Below the pieces are notes generated by a model. It saw nothing but the letters and a program-made list of their open reading frames with translations. It made no database searches and had not been told where the DNA came from. Shown here piece by piece: positions 40,060-50,600 of a stretch of DNA of 64,000 nucleotides; position 1 is the stretch's first letter; each line of letters starts with the position of its first letter. The DNA lies in assembly GCA_024277895.1 (NCBI GenBank), contig JAJRUH010000007.1, forward strand, positions 2,265 through 66,264, given 5' to 3'. The translations under genes and the position numbers were made by a program. Origin of the DNA: Bacteroidota bacterium. GTDB taxonomy: Bacteria > Bacteroidota > Bacteroidia > Bacteroidales > JAADGE01.

Positions 40060-42621
40060 ATGGCTAAAACAAAAAGAAAATCGACAAAATCGAAAAAAGC
40101 ATCTGTCAATAAAAAATTTCAAACGAAATTAAATGATCGAAAGTTCAGAACTTGGTGGGGAATGTTTTTTATTCTTTTATCTGTTTTGTTATTAATATCG
40201 TTTTCTTCATTTTTAAAAACTTGGGAACAGGATCAGGATATTCTTGATTTGGGTTGGTTTGATTACATCTTCAATACTTCCGTTAATACCGAAAATGCCG
40301 TTGGGAAAGTCGGTTTATTCTTTTCTGATATATTTGTATACCAATGGTTTGGAATTGCATCTTATCTTTTTGTCATCATCTTTTTTGTTTTTGGTTTGAA
40401 ATTATTACATTATTATAAAAGAAGTTTTTTGTATCTCTTTAAAAATTCTTTATTTTCAATATTGTGGCTTTCTGTAAGTATTTCTTTAATTTTCGGAAAT
40501 CAAAATCCTGTTCTCGGAGGTAAGTTTGGCTACGGTATTCATATTTGGCTGAAATCATTTCTCGGAATTGTAGGCGAATCAAGTTTAATAATTGTTACGG
40601 GAATTGGTTTTTTAATGTTGACAATTGAAGGGTTTAACAGTAAATTAAAATTAATAGTTGATACGATTATTGAAAGTATTAATATTAAAAATTTCAGATT
40701 TCCGAAATTCAATACTGATAATGCGAGGGTAAATAAAGAACAAGATACTGTTTTTGAAGATGACGATAACTTTAAATCAGAAATAAGGGGGAATTCAGAT
40801 AAACAAAATATACACAAAAGAGATGATAAATCAATAATTTTTGATTTGAATGAAGATAACGGAAAAGGGAAAATTAAAGTTACCGAAAAACGAAATTATA
40901 AACTTACGGATGACGGAAGAGAAATTGAAAACGATTACGGATTTGAGGTTGAACATACTAAATCTGTTAATAACGAAAATATTACAGGTGATAAAACCAA
41001 AAATATAAAAGAATACACAGAAAAAGAATTTGACAAAATTGAAGTTGGGGAATTGGCTCTGGATGTTACCGCAAACAAGGATATTATTTCTCAAAAGATA
41101 TCGGATAAACCCAACGTTAATTATGATCCGACTTTAGATTTAGAAAACTTTACACTTCCGCCGATTGATTTATTAGAAGATCACAAAGCCGGAAATCCTG
41201 AAGTTACGAAAGAAGAATTACTGAATAATAAAAACCGAATTGTTGAAACTCTAAAACAATATAAAATTGAGATTATCAAAATAAAAGCAACAATCGGTCC
41301 TACATTAACATTATACGAAATTGTGCCGGCACCCGGAGTCAGAATTTCAAAAATAAAAAATCTGGAAGATGATATAGCTTTAAGTTTGGCGGCTCATGGT
41401 ATTCGAATTATTGCACCAATGCCCGGAAGAGGGACTATCGGTATTGAAGTGCCGAATGAGAAGCCGGATATTGTTTCATTTAAATCTGTAATTAAGTCAG
41501 CAGCTTTTCAAGAATCAAACATGGAATTACCTATTGCTTTAGGTAAAACAATTTCGAATGAATCTTTCGTTTTTGATTTGGCTAAAATGCCGCATATTCT
41601 TGTTGCCGGTGCTACCGGACAAGGTAAATCCGTAGGGCTGAATGCAATGATTGCTTCATTACTTTATAAAAAACATCCCGCTCAGCTTAAACTTGTTATG
41701 GTCGATCCGAAAAAAGTTGAACTTACGATGTATGAACGTTTGGAAAACCATTATCTTGCAACCTTGCCCGATGCCGAAGAACCGATTATTACAGATAATC
41801 AAAAAGTAATACATACGGTTAACTCTTTAAACATTGAAATGGATAACCGATATCAATTATTGAAAAAAGCCAAATGTAAAAACATTAAAGAATACAATAA
41901 GAAATTCATTTCACGGCAATTAAATCCCGAAAAAGGGCATAAATATATGCCTTACATTGTCTTGGTAATTGATGAATTTGCCGATTTGATTATGACAGCA
42001 GGGAAAGAAATTGAATTGCCTATTGCCAGGCTGGCTCAATTAGCACGTGCTGTAGGAATTCATTTAATTGTTGCTACCCAAAGACCTTCTACAAATATTA
42101 TTACAGGTACAATAAAAGCAAATTTTCCTGCAAGAGTAGCATTCAGAGTAGCTTCAATGATTGACTCCAGAACCATTTTGGACAGTCCCGGAGCAAATCG
42201 ACTTATCGGACGCGGAGATATGCTGATAACTCAAGGCAGTGATTTAATTCGTTTGCAATGTGCGTTTATTGATACACCCGAATTAGAAAAAATAACTGAA
42301 TATATTGAACATCAACAATCTTACGGAATGCCTTTTCTGTTACCTGAACCGGAAACAGATGACGAAGATATTCCGGGAGCTGTGGATTTGGGACACAGAG
42401 ATGAATTATTTGAAGATGCCGCAAGAATAATTGTGATGAATCAACAAGGATCAACTTCTTTGGTTCAAAGAAAATTATCTATCGGATATAACCGTGCAGG
42501 AAGAATAATTGATCAGTTGGAAGCTGCAGGAATTGTAGGACCGTCGAAAGGAAGCAAAGTGCGTGATGTATTTATTACAGATGAATATTCTCTTAAGGAT
42601 TTGTTAAACTCATTACCTTAA
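40060..42621 (+). CDS. ftsK: DNA translocase FtsK
   Basis: 853 aa with N-terminal TM helices and a low-complexity linker. The motor domain has Walker A GATGQGKS, and the C-terminus is a gamma winged-helix (LVQRKLSIGYNRAGRIIDQLE). Confidence 0.93.
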   Translation: MAKTKRKSTKSKKASVNKKFQTKLNDRKFRTWWGMFFILLSVLLLISFSSFLKTWEQDQDILDLGWFDYIFNTSVNTENAVGKVGLFFSDIFVYQWFGIASYLFVIIFFVFGLKLLHYYKRSFLYLFKNSLFSILWLSVSISLIFGNQNPVLGGKFGYGIHIWLKSFLGIVGESSLIIVTGIGFLMLTIEGFNSKLKLIVDTIIESINIKNFRFPKFNTDNARVNKEQDTVFEDDDNFKSEIRGNSDKQNIHKRDDKSIIFDLNEDNGKGKIKVTEKRNYKLTDDGREIENDYGFEVEHTKSVNNENITGDKTKNIKEYTEKEFDKIEVGELALDVTANKDIISQKISDKPNVNYDPTLDLENFTLPPIDLLEDHKAGNPEVTKEELLNNKNRIVETLKQYKIEIIKIKATIGPTLTLYEIVPAPGVRISKIKNLEDDIALSLAAHGIRIIAPMPGRGTIGIEVPNEKPDIVSFKSVIKSAAFQESNMELPIALGKTISNESFVFDLAKMPHILVAGATGQGKSVGLNAMIASLLYKKHPAQLKLVMVDPKKVELTMYERLENHYLATLPDAEEPIITDNQKVIHTVNSLNIEMDNRYQLLKKAKCKNIKEYNKKFISRQLNPEKGHKYMPYIVLVIDEFADLIMTAGKEIELPIARLAQLARAVGIHLIVATQRPSTNIITGTIKANFPARVAFRVASMIDSRTILDSPGANRLIGRGDMLITQGSDLIRLQCAFIDTPELEKITEYIEHQQSYGMPFLLPEPETDDEDIPGAVDLGHRDELFEDAARIIVMNQQGSTSLVQRKLSIGYNRAGRIIDQLEAAGIVGPSKGSKVRDVFITDEYSLKDLLNSLP

Positions 42622-42696
42622 AAGTATCGGATTAATATTTTTTCCGTTTTAATGGTCGGTATGCTTTTTGTTCTGTTTTAATTAAAACCCTAAACT

Positions 42697-43362
42697 ATGA
42701 AAAAACTGCATTTATTAATATTAGTCTTTTTTTTATCTTCTTCTTTTATCTCTGCACAAGTTGAACTGACGAAAGATCCGGCAGCTAAAAAAATATTGGA
42801 TGCTGTTTCAAAAAAAGTTTCTCAAGATAAAGGGATTCGGATTAAATTTACATATACTACCGACAACCGGCAAACTGATTTCCGCGACACTCAAAAAGGT
42901 TATGTTTTTTTGAAAGGTCAACAATTTAAAGTGATAATCCCTAAAATTGAAATTATATCAAACGGTTCAACCGTATGGACCTACATGAAAGAAGATAAGG
43001 AGGTAACAATTTCTGATACAGATACTTCTGATGTTTCAATTTTTAATCCAACAAAACTGTTTACTGCATATAAACAAGGATTTAAATATTTATTAATCGG
43101 AGAAGAAACAATTAATAATGTAAAATATTACGTCATTGATTTATATCCCGAAGATAGTCAAAAAAGTCCTTATTCAATTATCAGAATTAAAATTAATAAA
43201 AATACTAAAGAGATATATTCAATAAAAACATCGGGTAAATCCGGGGTAGATTACACTTTTAAAGTTTCGGAATATAAAACGGATATAAAAATGCCGCAAA
43301 ATTTGTTTGTTTTTGATAAATCAAAATATCCGTCAGATATTGAAGTTACGGATATGAGATAA
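42697..43362 (+). CDS. LolA-like outer-membrane lipoprotein carrier
   Basis: 221 aa with a signal peptide. It sits immediately downstream of ftsK, a pairing I recall from Bacteroidetes genomes. Confidence 0.7.
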   Translation: MKKLHLLILVFFLSSSFISAQVELTKDPAAKKILDAVSKKVSQDKGIRIKFTYTTDNRQTDFRDTQKGYVFLKGQQFKVIIPKIEIISNGSTVWTYMKEDKEVTISDTDTSDVSIFNPTKLFTAYKQGFKYLLIGEETINNVKYYVIDLYPEDSQKSPYSIIRIKINKNTKEIYSIKTSGKSGVDYTFKVSEYKTDIKMPQNLFVFDKSKYPSDIEVTDMR

Positions 43363-43424
43363 AAAGATTTTGTGATTTTAAGATTTAATTTTACATTTAC
43401 ATATTAAAATAATTTTTTAATCAA

Positions 43425-43811
43425 ATGAACAGAGGTAAAATTCTTATAGTAGAGGACGATAGTATGTTGTGTACTGTTTTTGAAATGTTTCTTGAAGAAT
43501 TAGGATATGAACATTGCGGTACAGTGGCATCAGGTGAAGATGCACTAATACATATTGAAAATAAAATGCCGGATTTAATTTTGATGGATATTCATTTAAA
43601 GGGTTCTGTTGACGGTATTGAAACTGCAAAACAAGTTCTGGAAAAATATAATATTCCTATTATCTATATTTCGGGAGACAATAATGTTACTACAGTTAAA
43701 GGATCAGTATTAAGAAATACATACGGTTATATGACAAAACCGGTATATAAAAACAGTTTAGAATTAAATATCGAATTTGCTCTTCAAAAACATAAACTTC
43801 TTAACAGCTAA
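43425..43811 (+). CDS. Single-domain response regulator (CheY-like receiver)
   Basis: 128 aa with an acidic pocket (VEDD), phospho-acceptor D in LILMDIHL, and conserved T/K positions. Confidence 0.85.
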   Translation: MNRGKILIVEDDSMLCTVFEMFLEELGYEHCGTVASGEDALIHIENKMPDLILMDIHLKGSVDGIETAKQVLEKYNIPIIYISGDNNVTTVKGSVLRNTYGYMTKPVYKNSLELNIEFALQKHKLLNS

Positions 43812-43844
43812 TATTTAATTTGAATATATGTAAATTAATTTTTG

Positions 43845-43870
43845 CCCCTTAATAATTAAGGGGTATTTTT
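43845..43870 (+). terminator. Intrinsic terminator after the response regulator gene
   Basis: CCCCTTAA-TAA-TTAAGGGG hairpin followed by TATTTTT. Confidence 0.6.
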
Positions 43871-43891
43871 ATAAAAATAAATAATTTCGTT

Positions 43892-45079
43892 ATGAAACGT
43901 ATATCTGCCGAATATATTTTTACCGGAAAAAAAATTCTGAAAAGAGGAATTATAGAACTTAATTCAAATGGAGAAATTACAAAAGTAACAGATACCGGAG
44001 GTAAAATTTCGGAACAGCAATCTTTAGAATTTTACAACGGAGTAATTGTTCCCGGTTTTGTGAACGCACATTGTCATCTTGAACTGTCGCATATGAAAGG
44101 AATGATTAAAAATACAACAGTAAAAGGTTTGCCCGGTTTTATTGATGAAATTATTTCCAAACGAAACTTTCCCGATAATTTACAAGATTATATTGAAAAA
44201 GCCGATAAAGAAATGCAAATGAAAGGAATTGTTGCTGTCGGAGATATTTCAAATACCGATGACAGTTTTACGATTAAGAAAAACAGTTCAATTTATTATC
44301 AAACATTTATTGAAGCATTTACTGTAAGCAATGAAAAAGTTATTGAAACATTTGAACAGGCTGCAAATAATTATTATAAACTAAAGAAATTAAATTTATC
44401 GGGAACTATTGTTCCTCATGCTGCTTATACTGTCCCTCACAATTTGTATGAGATGATTTCAAAATACAAAAATGAAACATCAAAAATTATTTCGGTGCAT
44501 AATCAAGAAACACCAGGTGAAGATGAACTGATAAAAAATAAAACCGGAACTTTGGCTGAAGTTCTGATAAAAAAAGGATTTCAATTAAAAGATTTTTCTT
44601 ATCCGGGGAATTCCGCATTAGAAACTAATTTATACTATCTGAACAAAAAAGATAATATATTATTGATACATAATACATTCAGCAAAGAAAAAGATATTGA
44701 AACGGCAGAAAATTTCTCCGATAATATTTATTGGGTATTTTGTCCGCTTTCAAACTTATATATTGAAAAAACTTTACCGAATTTGCCCGTATTTTTTAAA
44801 AAAAACGTAAAAACCTGCATAGGAACCGACAGTTATGCCTCAAATACGGAACTTTCAATTTTAAGTGAGATGAAAGTAATAATTGAGAATTATCCTGAAA
44901 TACCATTTGAACAATTAATCAAATCTGCAACAATAAACGGGGCAAAAGCATTGAAAATTCAAAATAAATACGGCAGTATTGAAACAGGGAAAACCCCCGG
45001 ACTGAATTTAATTACAAAGTTTGATTTTGAAAAAATGACATTGAAACCCGAGAGTTCAGTTAAAGTATTGGTGTCTTAA
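43892..45079 (+). CDS. Amidohydrolase-superfamily protein (deaminase/chlorohydrolase-like)
   Basis: 395 aa with metal-binding motif VNAHCHLELSH and a later HN..., GTDS pattern. Confidence 0.75.
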   Translation: MKRISAEYIFTGKKILKRGIIELNSNGEITKVTDTGGKISEQQSLEFYNGVIVPGFVNAHCHLELSHMKGMIKNTTVKGLPGFIDEIISKRNFPDNLQDYIEKADKEMQMKGIVAVGDISNTDDSFTIKKNSSIYYQTFIEAFTVSNEKVIETFEQAANNYYKLKKLNLSGTIVPHAAYTVPHNLYEMISKYKNETSKIISVHNQETPGEDELIKNKTGTLAEVLIKKGFQLKDFSYPGNSALETNLYYLNKKDNILLIHNTFSKEKDIETAENFSDNIYWVFCPLSNLYIEKTLPNLPVFFKKNVKTCIGTDSYASNTELSILSEMKVIIENYPEIPFEQLIKSATINGAKALKIQNKYGSIETGKTPGLNLITKFDFEKMTLKPESSVKVLVS

Positions 45080-45110
45080 ATCTGCAAGTCTGATATATAA
45101 AGTATTGATA

Positions 45111-45209
45111 GATAGTCATCGTATCACTATTTCAATTTAAGTGAAACAGGTTTAAATCTAACAGGTTGTTTGCTGACACATTGATACGATGACTTGCGGA
45201 TTTAAGGTA
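45111..45209 (+). repeat. 99-nt hairpin module X, copy 2
   Basis: Second copy in the same orientation. The stem joins 45115-45126 with 45182-45193. An intrinsic terminator follows immediately. Confidence 0.75.
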
Positions 45210-45213
45210 GTAT

Positions 45214-45253
45214 AAAAAAACCTCCGAGAAATCTCGAAGGTTTTTATTTTTTT
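45214..45253. terminator. Bidirectional intrinsic terminator
   Basis: An A-run, then the stem ACCTCCGAG / CTCGAAGGT (one mismatch), then a T-run. It lies between the amidohydrolase gene plus module X and the convergent OMP gene. Confidence 0.6.
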
Positions 45254-45262
45254 AATATTAAA

Positions 45263-46042
45263 TTATTTCCCTCCCAACAAATATCCTACGGATAATCCGA
45301 AATATATATTTTTTTGAGAAGCATCGCCTGTAATTGCAACAGTTTTATCATCTTTGGTTGCATAATTTGTTGCACTGTAATATGTGCTGCCGGTATTGAT
45401 AAAATTCAATAAACCCATACCTGCATTTAATTCAACAAATACACCCGAGAAGTCAGCTCCGACACCTAAATTTAAACCGACATCCATTTTATTAATTAAA
45501 TCACCTGTTCCGCCTGCATTATTAGTGTCTGAATAAGCTTCAGCAGGATTATATATTTTAGGATCACTGAAAAGATCAACAGTTCCGGTACCTGCAACAG
45601 GATAACCTACAGGAGAAGTCCCTTCCCAAGTTCCTTTTTGAGAAGCGCTCAGAGCATAAGCAAAATAAGGTCCTACAAAAGCATAAGCCGGTCCGAAACT
45701 GAACTTAGGAGAAATACCGATTTGCAAATAATTAATGTTTTGATTGTACTTGTATTCCATTCCCAAAGCTCTGTATGGCCAATTTGCATCAGTTTCATCT
45801 TTTGAGTCATAATCAGAACCTAATTGATTAAAAGTAACGTCAGCTCTTAAACTCATCATATCATTTACAGGCATTTCACCTACTAAACCGAAATTGAAAC
45901 CCGTACTCATTTTAGAACCGTCCGGAGAATAAAAGTTAATTAAATAACCTGACATATTATATCCGGCTTTAACACCGAATTTTTGTGCATTCATTGTAAA
46001 AGCAAATAAAATTGCTGCTGATAATACCAATAATTTTTTCAT
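45263..46042 (-). CDS. Porin-family outer membrane beta-barrel protein (paralog 1)
   Basis: 259 aa with a signal peptide, then QKFGVKAGYN, and a C-terminal beta-signal-like end. It has its own CAAAnnTA (-7) box upstream. Confidence 0.7.
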   Translation of the reverse strand: MKKLLVLSAAILFAFTMNAQKFGVKAGYNMSGYLINFYSPDGSKMSTGFNFGLVGEMPVNDMMSLRADVTFNQLGSDYDSKDETDANWPYRALGMEYKYNQNINYLQIGISPKFSFGPAYAFVGPYFAYALSASQKGTWEGTSPVGYPVAGTGTVDLFSDPKIYNPAEAYSDTNNAGGTGDLINKMDVGLNLGVGADFSGVFVELNAGMGLLNFINTGSTYYSATNYATKDDKTVAITGDASQKNIYFGLSVGYLLGGK

Positions 46043-46141
46043 AATTATATATTTTAATTAAACAATATTGTTAGGTCAAAATTAAAAAAAATATCTTAAT
46101 ATAAAAATATTTGCATAGTTAAGTTGATTAGTGCTATATTA

Positions 46142-46831
46142 TTATTTGCCGAATAAAATCCCTACAGAAAGACTTAAAGTGTAATTTTTTATAAATTCGT
46201 CAACAGGCATACCGCTGTAATTTTCAATATTTGTTAATCCTGCATTATATCGCGCTTCTGCAAAAAATTTCAGAAATTGAATTCCGGCTCCTGCACTTAA
46301 GCCCATATCTGTTCTGCTGAATTTAATGTTATCTCCGTTAAATTCACCGTCTTTAAACACATCATTAGAAGGGACTTGCCCGTAATTACTATATTGATCC
46401 GCTGCAAGTTTTTGTCCGTCAACCGTAATTGTAACAATATCTTTTCCGCTTACTGCATACGAAAAATACGGACCTGCCGTGAAATATGCGGGACCTAATT
46501 TAATTTTCAGTAAAAGCGGAATTTCAAGATAATTCATATTAAGAGAACTTTTTATTACGGCATCGGTTCCGTCAACAGTAACATCACTGTTTACGGTATA
46601 TCCTTTTTGAGAGAATAATGCTTCGGCTCTTATTCCGATAACTTTAACGGGATTGAATTCAAAAACAAAACCGCCGTTAAGTCCTTTTGCAAATTCGGCA
46701 GTTTGATAATCTGCAAGATTTGTGCTGGAATTAACACCTGATAAATTTAATCCGACTTTAAAACCAAATTTCTGTGCTTGCAGCGATAAAACAAGTAAAG
46801 TGCTTATTGACAATAAGATAATTTTTTTCAT
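46142..46831 (-). CDS. Porin-family outer membrane beta-barrel protein (paralog 2)
   Basis: 229 aa with a signal peptide, then QKFGFKVGLN. It shows shared motifs with paralog 1 (NYLEIPLL, GPYF.YA) and has its own -7 box. Confidence 0.7.
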   Translation of the reverse strand: MKKIILLSISTLLVLSLQAQKFGFKVGLNLSGVNSSTNLADYQTAEFAKGLNGGFVFEFNPVKVIGIRAEALFSQKGYTVNSDVTVDGTDAVIKSSLNMNYLEIPLLLKIKLGPAYFTAGPYFSYAVSGKDIVTITVDGQKLAADQYSNYGQVPSNDVFKDGEFNGDNIKFSRTDMGLSAGAGIQFLKFFAEARYNAGLTNIENYSGMPVDEFIKNYTLSLSVGILFGK

Positions 46832-46886
46832 GTTTTTTGTATTTAAAATTTACAATTACCAAATATACGAAAAATAAAGAAACTTA

Positions 46887-47522
46887 TTATAAAATTGTAT
46901 AATTAATTCCGAAAGAAAATATTCTGGTTGTTAAAGCATCTGCATTTAATTCGGAACTGCCGGTCATGCTGCGGGTATATCTGAGAAAAAAATCAATATT
47001 ATTAATATTATACAGAATTCCCGTAAAAATTCCTGCATCAATTCGACTGTATGTATAATCCGGATTATGAAAATCTACTTTTACTGAAGTAATTTCTCCG
47101 GTATAATAATCTTTACGTTTATATTTTCCGTCGGTCCAAAAAGCACCGTAACCACCGATATAAATGTTGAAGAAAGAATGTCTTGTTTTCATTAATGAAT
47201 ATTGTCCGGAAACAGGTATTTCGATATAATTCATTGTATTAAACGTTGTATTATACGGAATTTGTGTTGTCTTTAATCCTTTTTGTGAATATAAAATTTC
47301 TGCCTGAACAGAAAGAATTTTATTGAAAAACTGCTGAAATACAAGACCTGTTACAATTCCCGGTTTTAATCGTCTGACAGGCTTTATTAAATTATCATTA
47401 TTTTTATTTAAGTACACAGCTTTTGATAAGTTCACTCCGGCTTTAATTTTAAAAAATGTTTGTGAGAAACTGACACAAGATACAAAAAGCATACTTATTG
47501 TTAAAGTCAAATATTTAGTCAT
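46887..47522 (-). CDS. Porin-family outer membrane beta-barrel protein (paralog 3)
   Basis: 211 aa with the same architecture (FKIKAGVNLS, NYIEIPV). It is more diverged and has its own -7 box. Confidence 0.65.
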   Translation of the reverse strand: MTKYLTLTISMLFVSCVSFSQTFFKIKAGVNLSKAVYLNKNNDNLIKPVRRLKPGIVTGLVFQQFFNKILSVQAEILYSQKGLKTTQIPYNTTFNTMNYIEIPVSGQYSLMKTRHSFFNIYIGGYGAFWTDGKYKRKDYYTGEITSVKVDFHNPDYTYSRIDAGIFTGILYNINNIDFFLRYTRSMTGSSELNADALTTRIFSFGINYTIL

Positions 47523-47590
47523 TTTATTTAATTATTAGTGTTTTTGAGTGAACAATGTTCAAAAATAATGATATTTTACTAAATAGAAAT

Positions 47591-47625
47591 AAAAAAATCC
47601 CGACAATTTGTGTCGGGATTTTTTA
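47591..47625. terminator. Bidirectional intrinsic terminator downstream of nifJ
   Basis: An A-run, then the ATCCCGACA / TGTCGGGAT 9-bp stem, then a T-run. Confidence 0.65.
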
Positions 47626-47641
47626 TAGCAAATGAAAAATA

Positions 47642-50600
47642 TTAATATTCCATTTCTGCTAAACGTTTGTAATAATTGAAACGCCATTTTGCATTTTCTT
47701 CCGCAGCAGCAAATAATTCATCGGCATGTTCCGGGAATAATTTATACAATGAATTAAATCTGACTTCTCCGAGTAAAAATTCTTTAAATAATTCATATTT
47801 CGGAGGCTTAGAATCTAATATAAAAGGATTTTTACCTTCTGCTTCCAATTGCGGATTAAAACGGTATAAATTCCAATATCCCGATTCAACAGCCATTTTT
47901 TCTTCATTCATTACCCTGTTCATTCCGGCTTTTAAACCATGAGCAATACAAGGAGAATACGCAATAATCAACGAGGGTCCGGGATATGCTTCGGCTTCTT
48001 TAATTGCTTTAAAAGTTTGAGATTGGTTTGCACCCATCGAAATTTGAGCCACATAAATATAACCGTAAGTCATTGAAATGGCTCCGAGATCTTTTTTTCG
48101 AATTTTCTTACCCGAAGCAGCAAATTTTGCAATTGCTGCGGTAGGTGTTGCTTTCGATGATTGACCTCCCGTGTTTGAATAAACCTCGGTATCCAAAACC
48201 AAAACATTTACGTTTTCGCCCGAAGCCAAGACATGGTCAAGACCTCCGTAGCCGATATCGTATGCCCATCCGTCACCACCGACAATCCACATCGATTGAT
48301 TTACGAGATATTTCTTTAACCCGAGAATATCTTTTACACAATCACATTTTTCTTTTTCTAATGCTTCAATAACTTTCGGAGCAACGGTTTTAGATTCCTG
48401 AGATTTATCTTTTACCGAAATCCATTCTTCAAATGCAGCTTTAGTTTCGGGTGCAATACCTTTTTCAACAGCAACATTCATCATATTGGTAATAATTTCT
48501 CTTTGTTTTTTATTGGCAAGAGCTATTCCTAAACCAAACTCGGCATTGTCTTCAAATAATGAATTTGCCCAAGCAGGACCTTCTCCTAAATTGTTGGTTG
48601 TATATGGTGTTGCAGGGGCAGATGCTCCGTAAATTGATGAACATCCCGTGGCATTTGCAATGGTCATTGAGTCTCCGTAAAGTTGAGTAACTAACTTGAT
48701 ATAAGGTGTTTCCCCACAACCGGCACAAGCTCCCGAAAATTCAAACAACGGTTGAGCAAATTGAGAATTCTTAATTGTTTTTTCTTTTTCAACAACCGTA
48801 TCTTTGTATCCGACTTTATGATGCAGATAATTCCATTTGATATCTTCCGCACGTTGTTCGTCATCAAGAGCAACCATAACTAAAGATTTTTCTTTTGAAG
48901 GACAAACATCAACACAAGAACCGCAACCTGTGCAATCAAGCGTACTTACCTGAATTCTGTAATTGTATTCTTTTGTTTTGCCTATGCCTTTAATAAATTC
49001 TGTTCCTTCCGGAGCATTTTTTACTTCTTCATCATCGGCAAGGAACGGACGGATACAAGCATGCGGGCAAACATAAGCACATTGGTTACATTGAATACAG
49101 TTTTGAGCAATCCATTTCGGAACTTCTGTTGCAACACCGCGTTTTTCATATTGTGCTGTTCCTGCCGGCATTGTTCCGTCTTCAATCCCTTTAAAAACAC
49201 TCACGGGAAGTTCGTCTCCTTTAAGTGCATTAATCGGATCCATAATATTTTTAATGTAATCGGGAACATCATCGCCTCTTTCAATTCCGTATTTTGCTTC
49301 TCCTTTCAACGATTTCCATTCAGAAGGAACTTCAATTTTTGTAATTGCATTGCCGCCTTGGTCAACAGCTTCATAATTCATATTTACGATTTTATCGCCT
49401 TTTTTACCGTATGATTTTTTAATTGCGGCTTTCATTTGTTCTACAGCAAAATCGTAAGGAATAACCTCGGAAACTTTAAAGAATGCAGATTGCATAATTG
49501 TATTGGTTCTGTTTCCGAGTCCTATTTCGTGAGCAATTTTTGTGGCATTAATTATATAGAAATTAATATTTTTTTCAGCCATTACTTTTTTGTAACTCTC
49601 CGGCAATCTGTTTTTTGTTTCTTCGACACTCCAGGTAGAGTTTAATAAGAACGAACCTCCCTTTTTAATACCTTCGAGCATATCATATTTATAAAGATAT
49701 GCAGGAGTTGAACAGGCAACAAAATCGGGTTGTTTTACAAGATAGGTTGAACGAATAATATTGTCTCCGAAACGTAAGTGCGAAATTGTGATACCGCCTG
49801 ATTTTTTTGAATCATAGGCAAAATATCCCTGCACATATTTATCGGTAGAATCTCCGATAATTTTAATGGAATTTTTATTTGCTCCGACAGTTCCGTCAGC
49901 ACCTAATCCGTAAAATTTTCCTTCAAATGTTCCTTTATGTACTGTGCTGATTTCAGGTAAAATAGGAAGATTTGAAAATTTAATATCATCAACAATCCCG
50001 ACTGTAAATTGATGTTTAGGTTCGTTTCTTTCCATATTTTCATATACGGAAATCATCATTGCCGGAGTTGTATCTTTTGAGCTTAAACCGTAGCGTCCGC
50101 CTACAATTTCAGGGGCATTTTTATCATTTTTAAATAATTCAACAACATCAAGATAAAGAGGTTCTCCGTTTGCACCGGGTTCTTTTGTTCTGTCAAGAAC
50201 AGTAATTTTTTTAACTGATTTCGGTAATGCGTTCATAAAGTATTTAGCTGAGAATGGTCTGTATAAATGAACAACCATAACGCCGACTTTTTTACCTTGT
50301 GCATTCAAATGTTCAACAACTTCTTTTATTGTTTGAGTTACAGAACCCATTGCAATAATAATATGTTCTGCATCCTCAGCTCCGAAATAATTAAAAGGAG
50401 CATAAGGTCTTCCTGTAATGCGTGTAATCTCTTTCATATAATCGGCTACGACATCGGCAATCGGGTCGTAAAAAATACTTGATGCTTCACGTGCTTGGAA
50501 GAAAATATCAGGATTTTGAGCAGATCCTCTTGTAACAGGAGCTGTTGAAGTTAAAGCATTATTTCTGAATTTTTGTAATGCTTTTGTATCGATTAATTTA

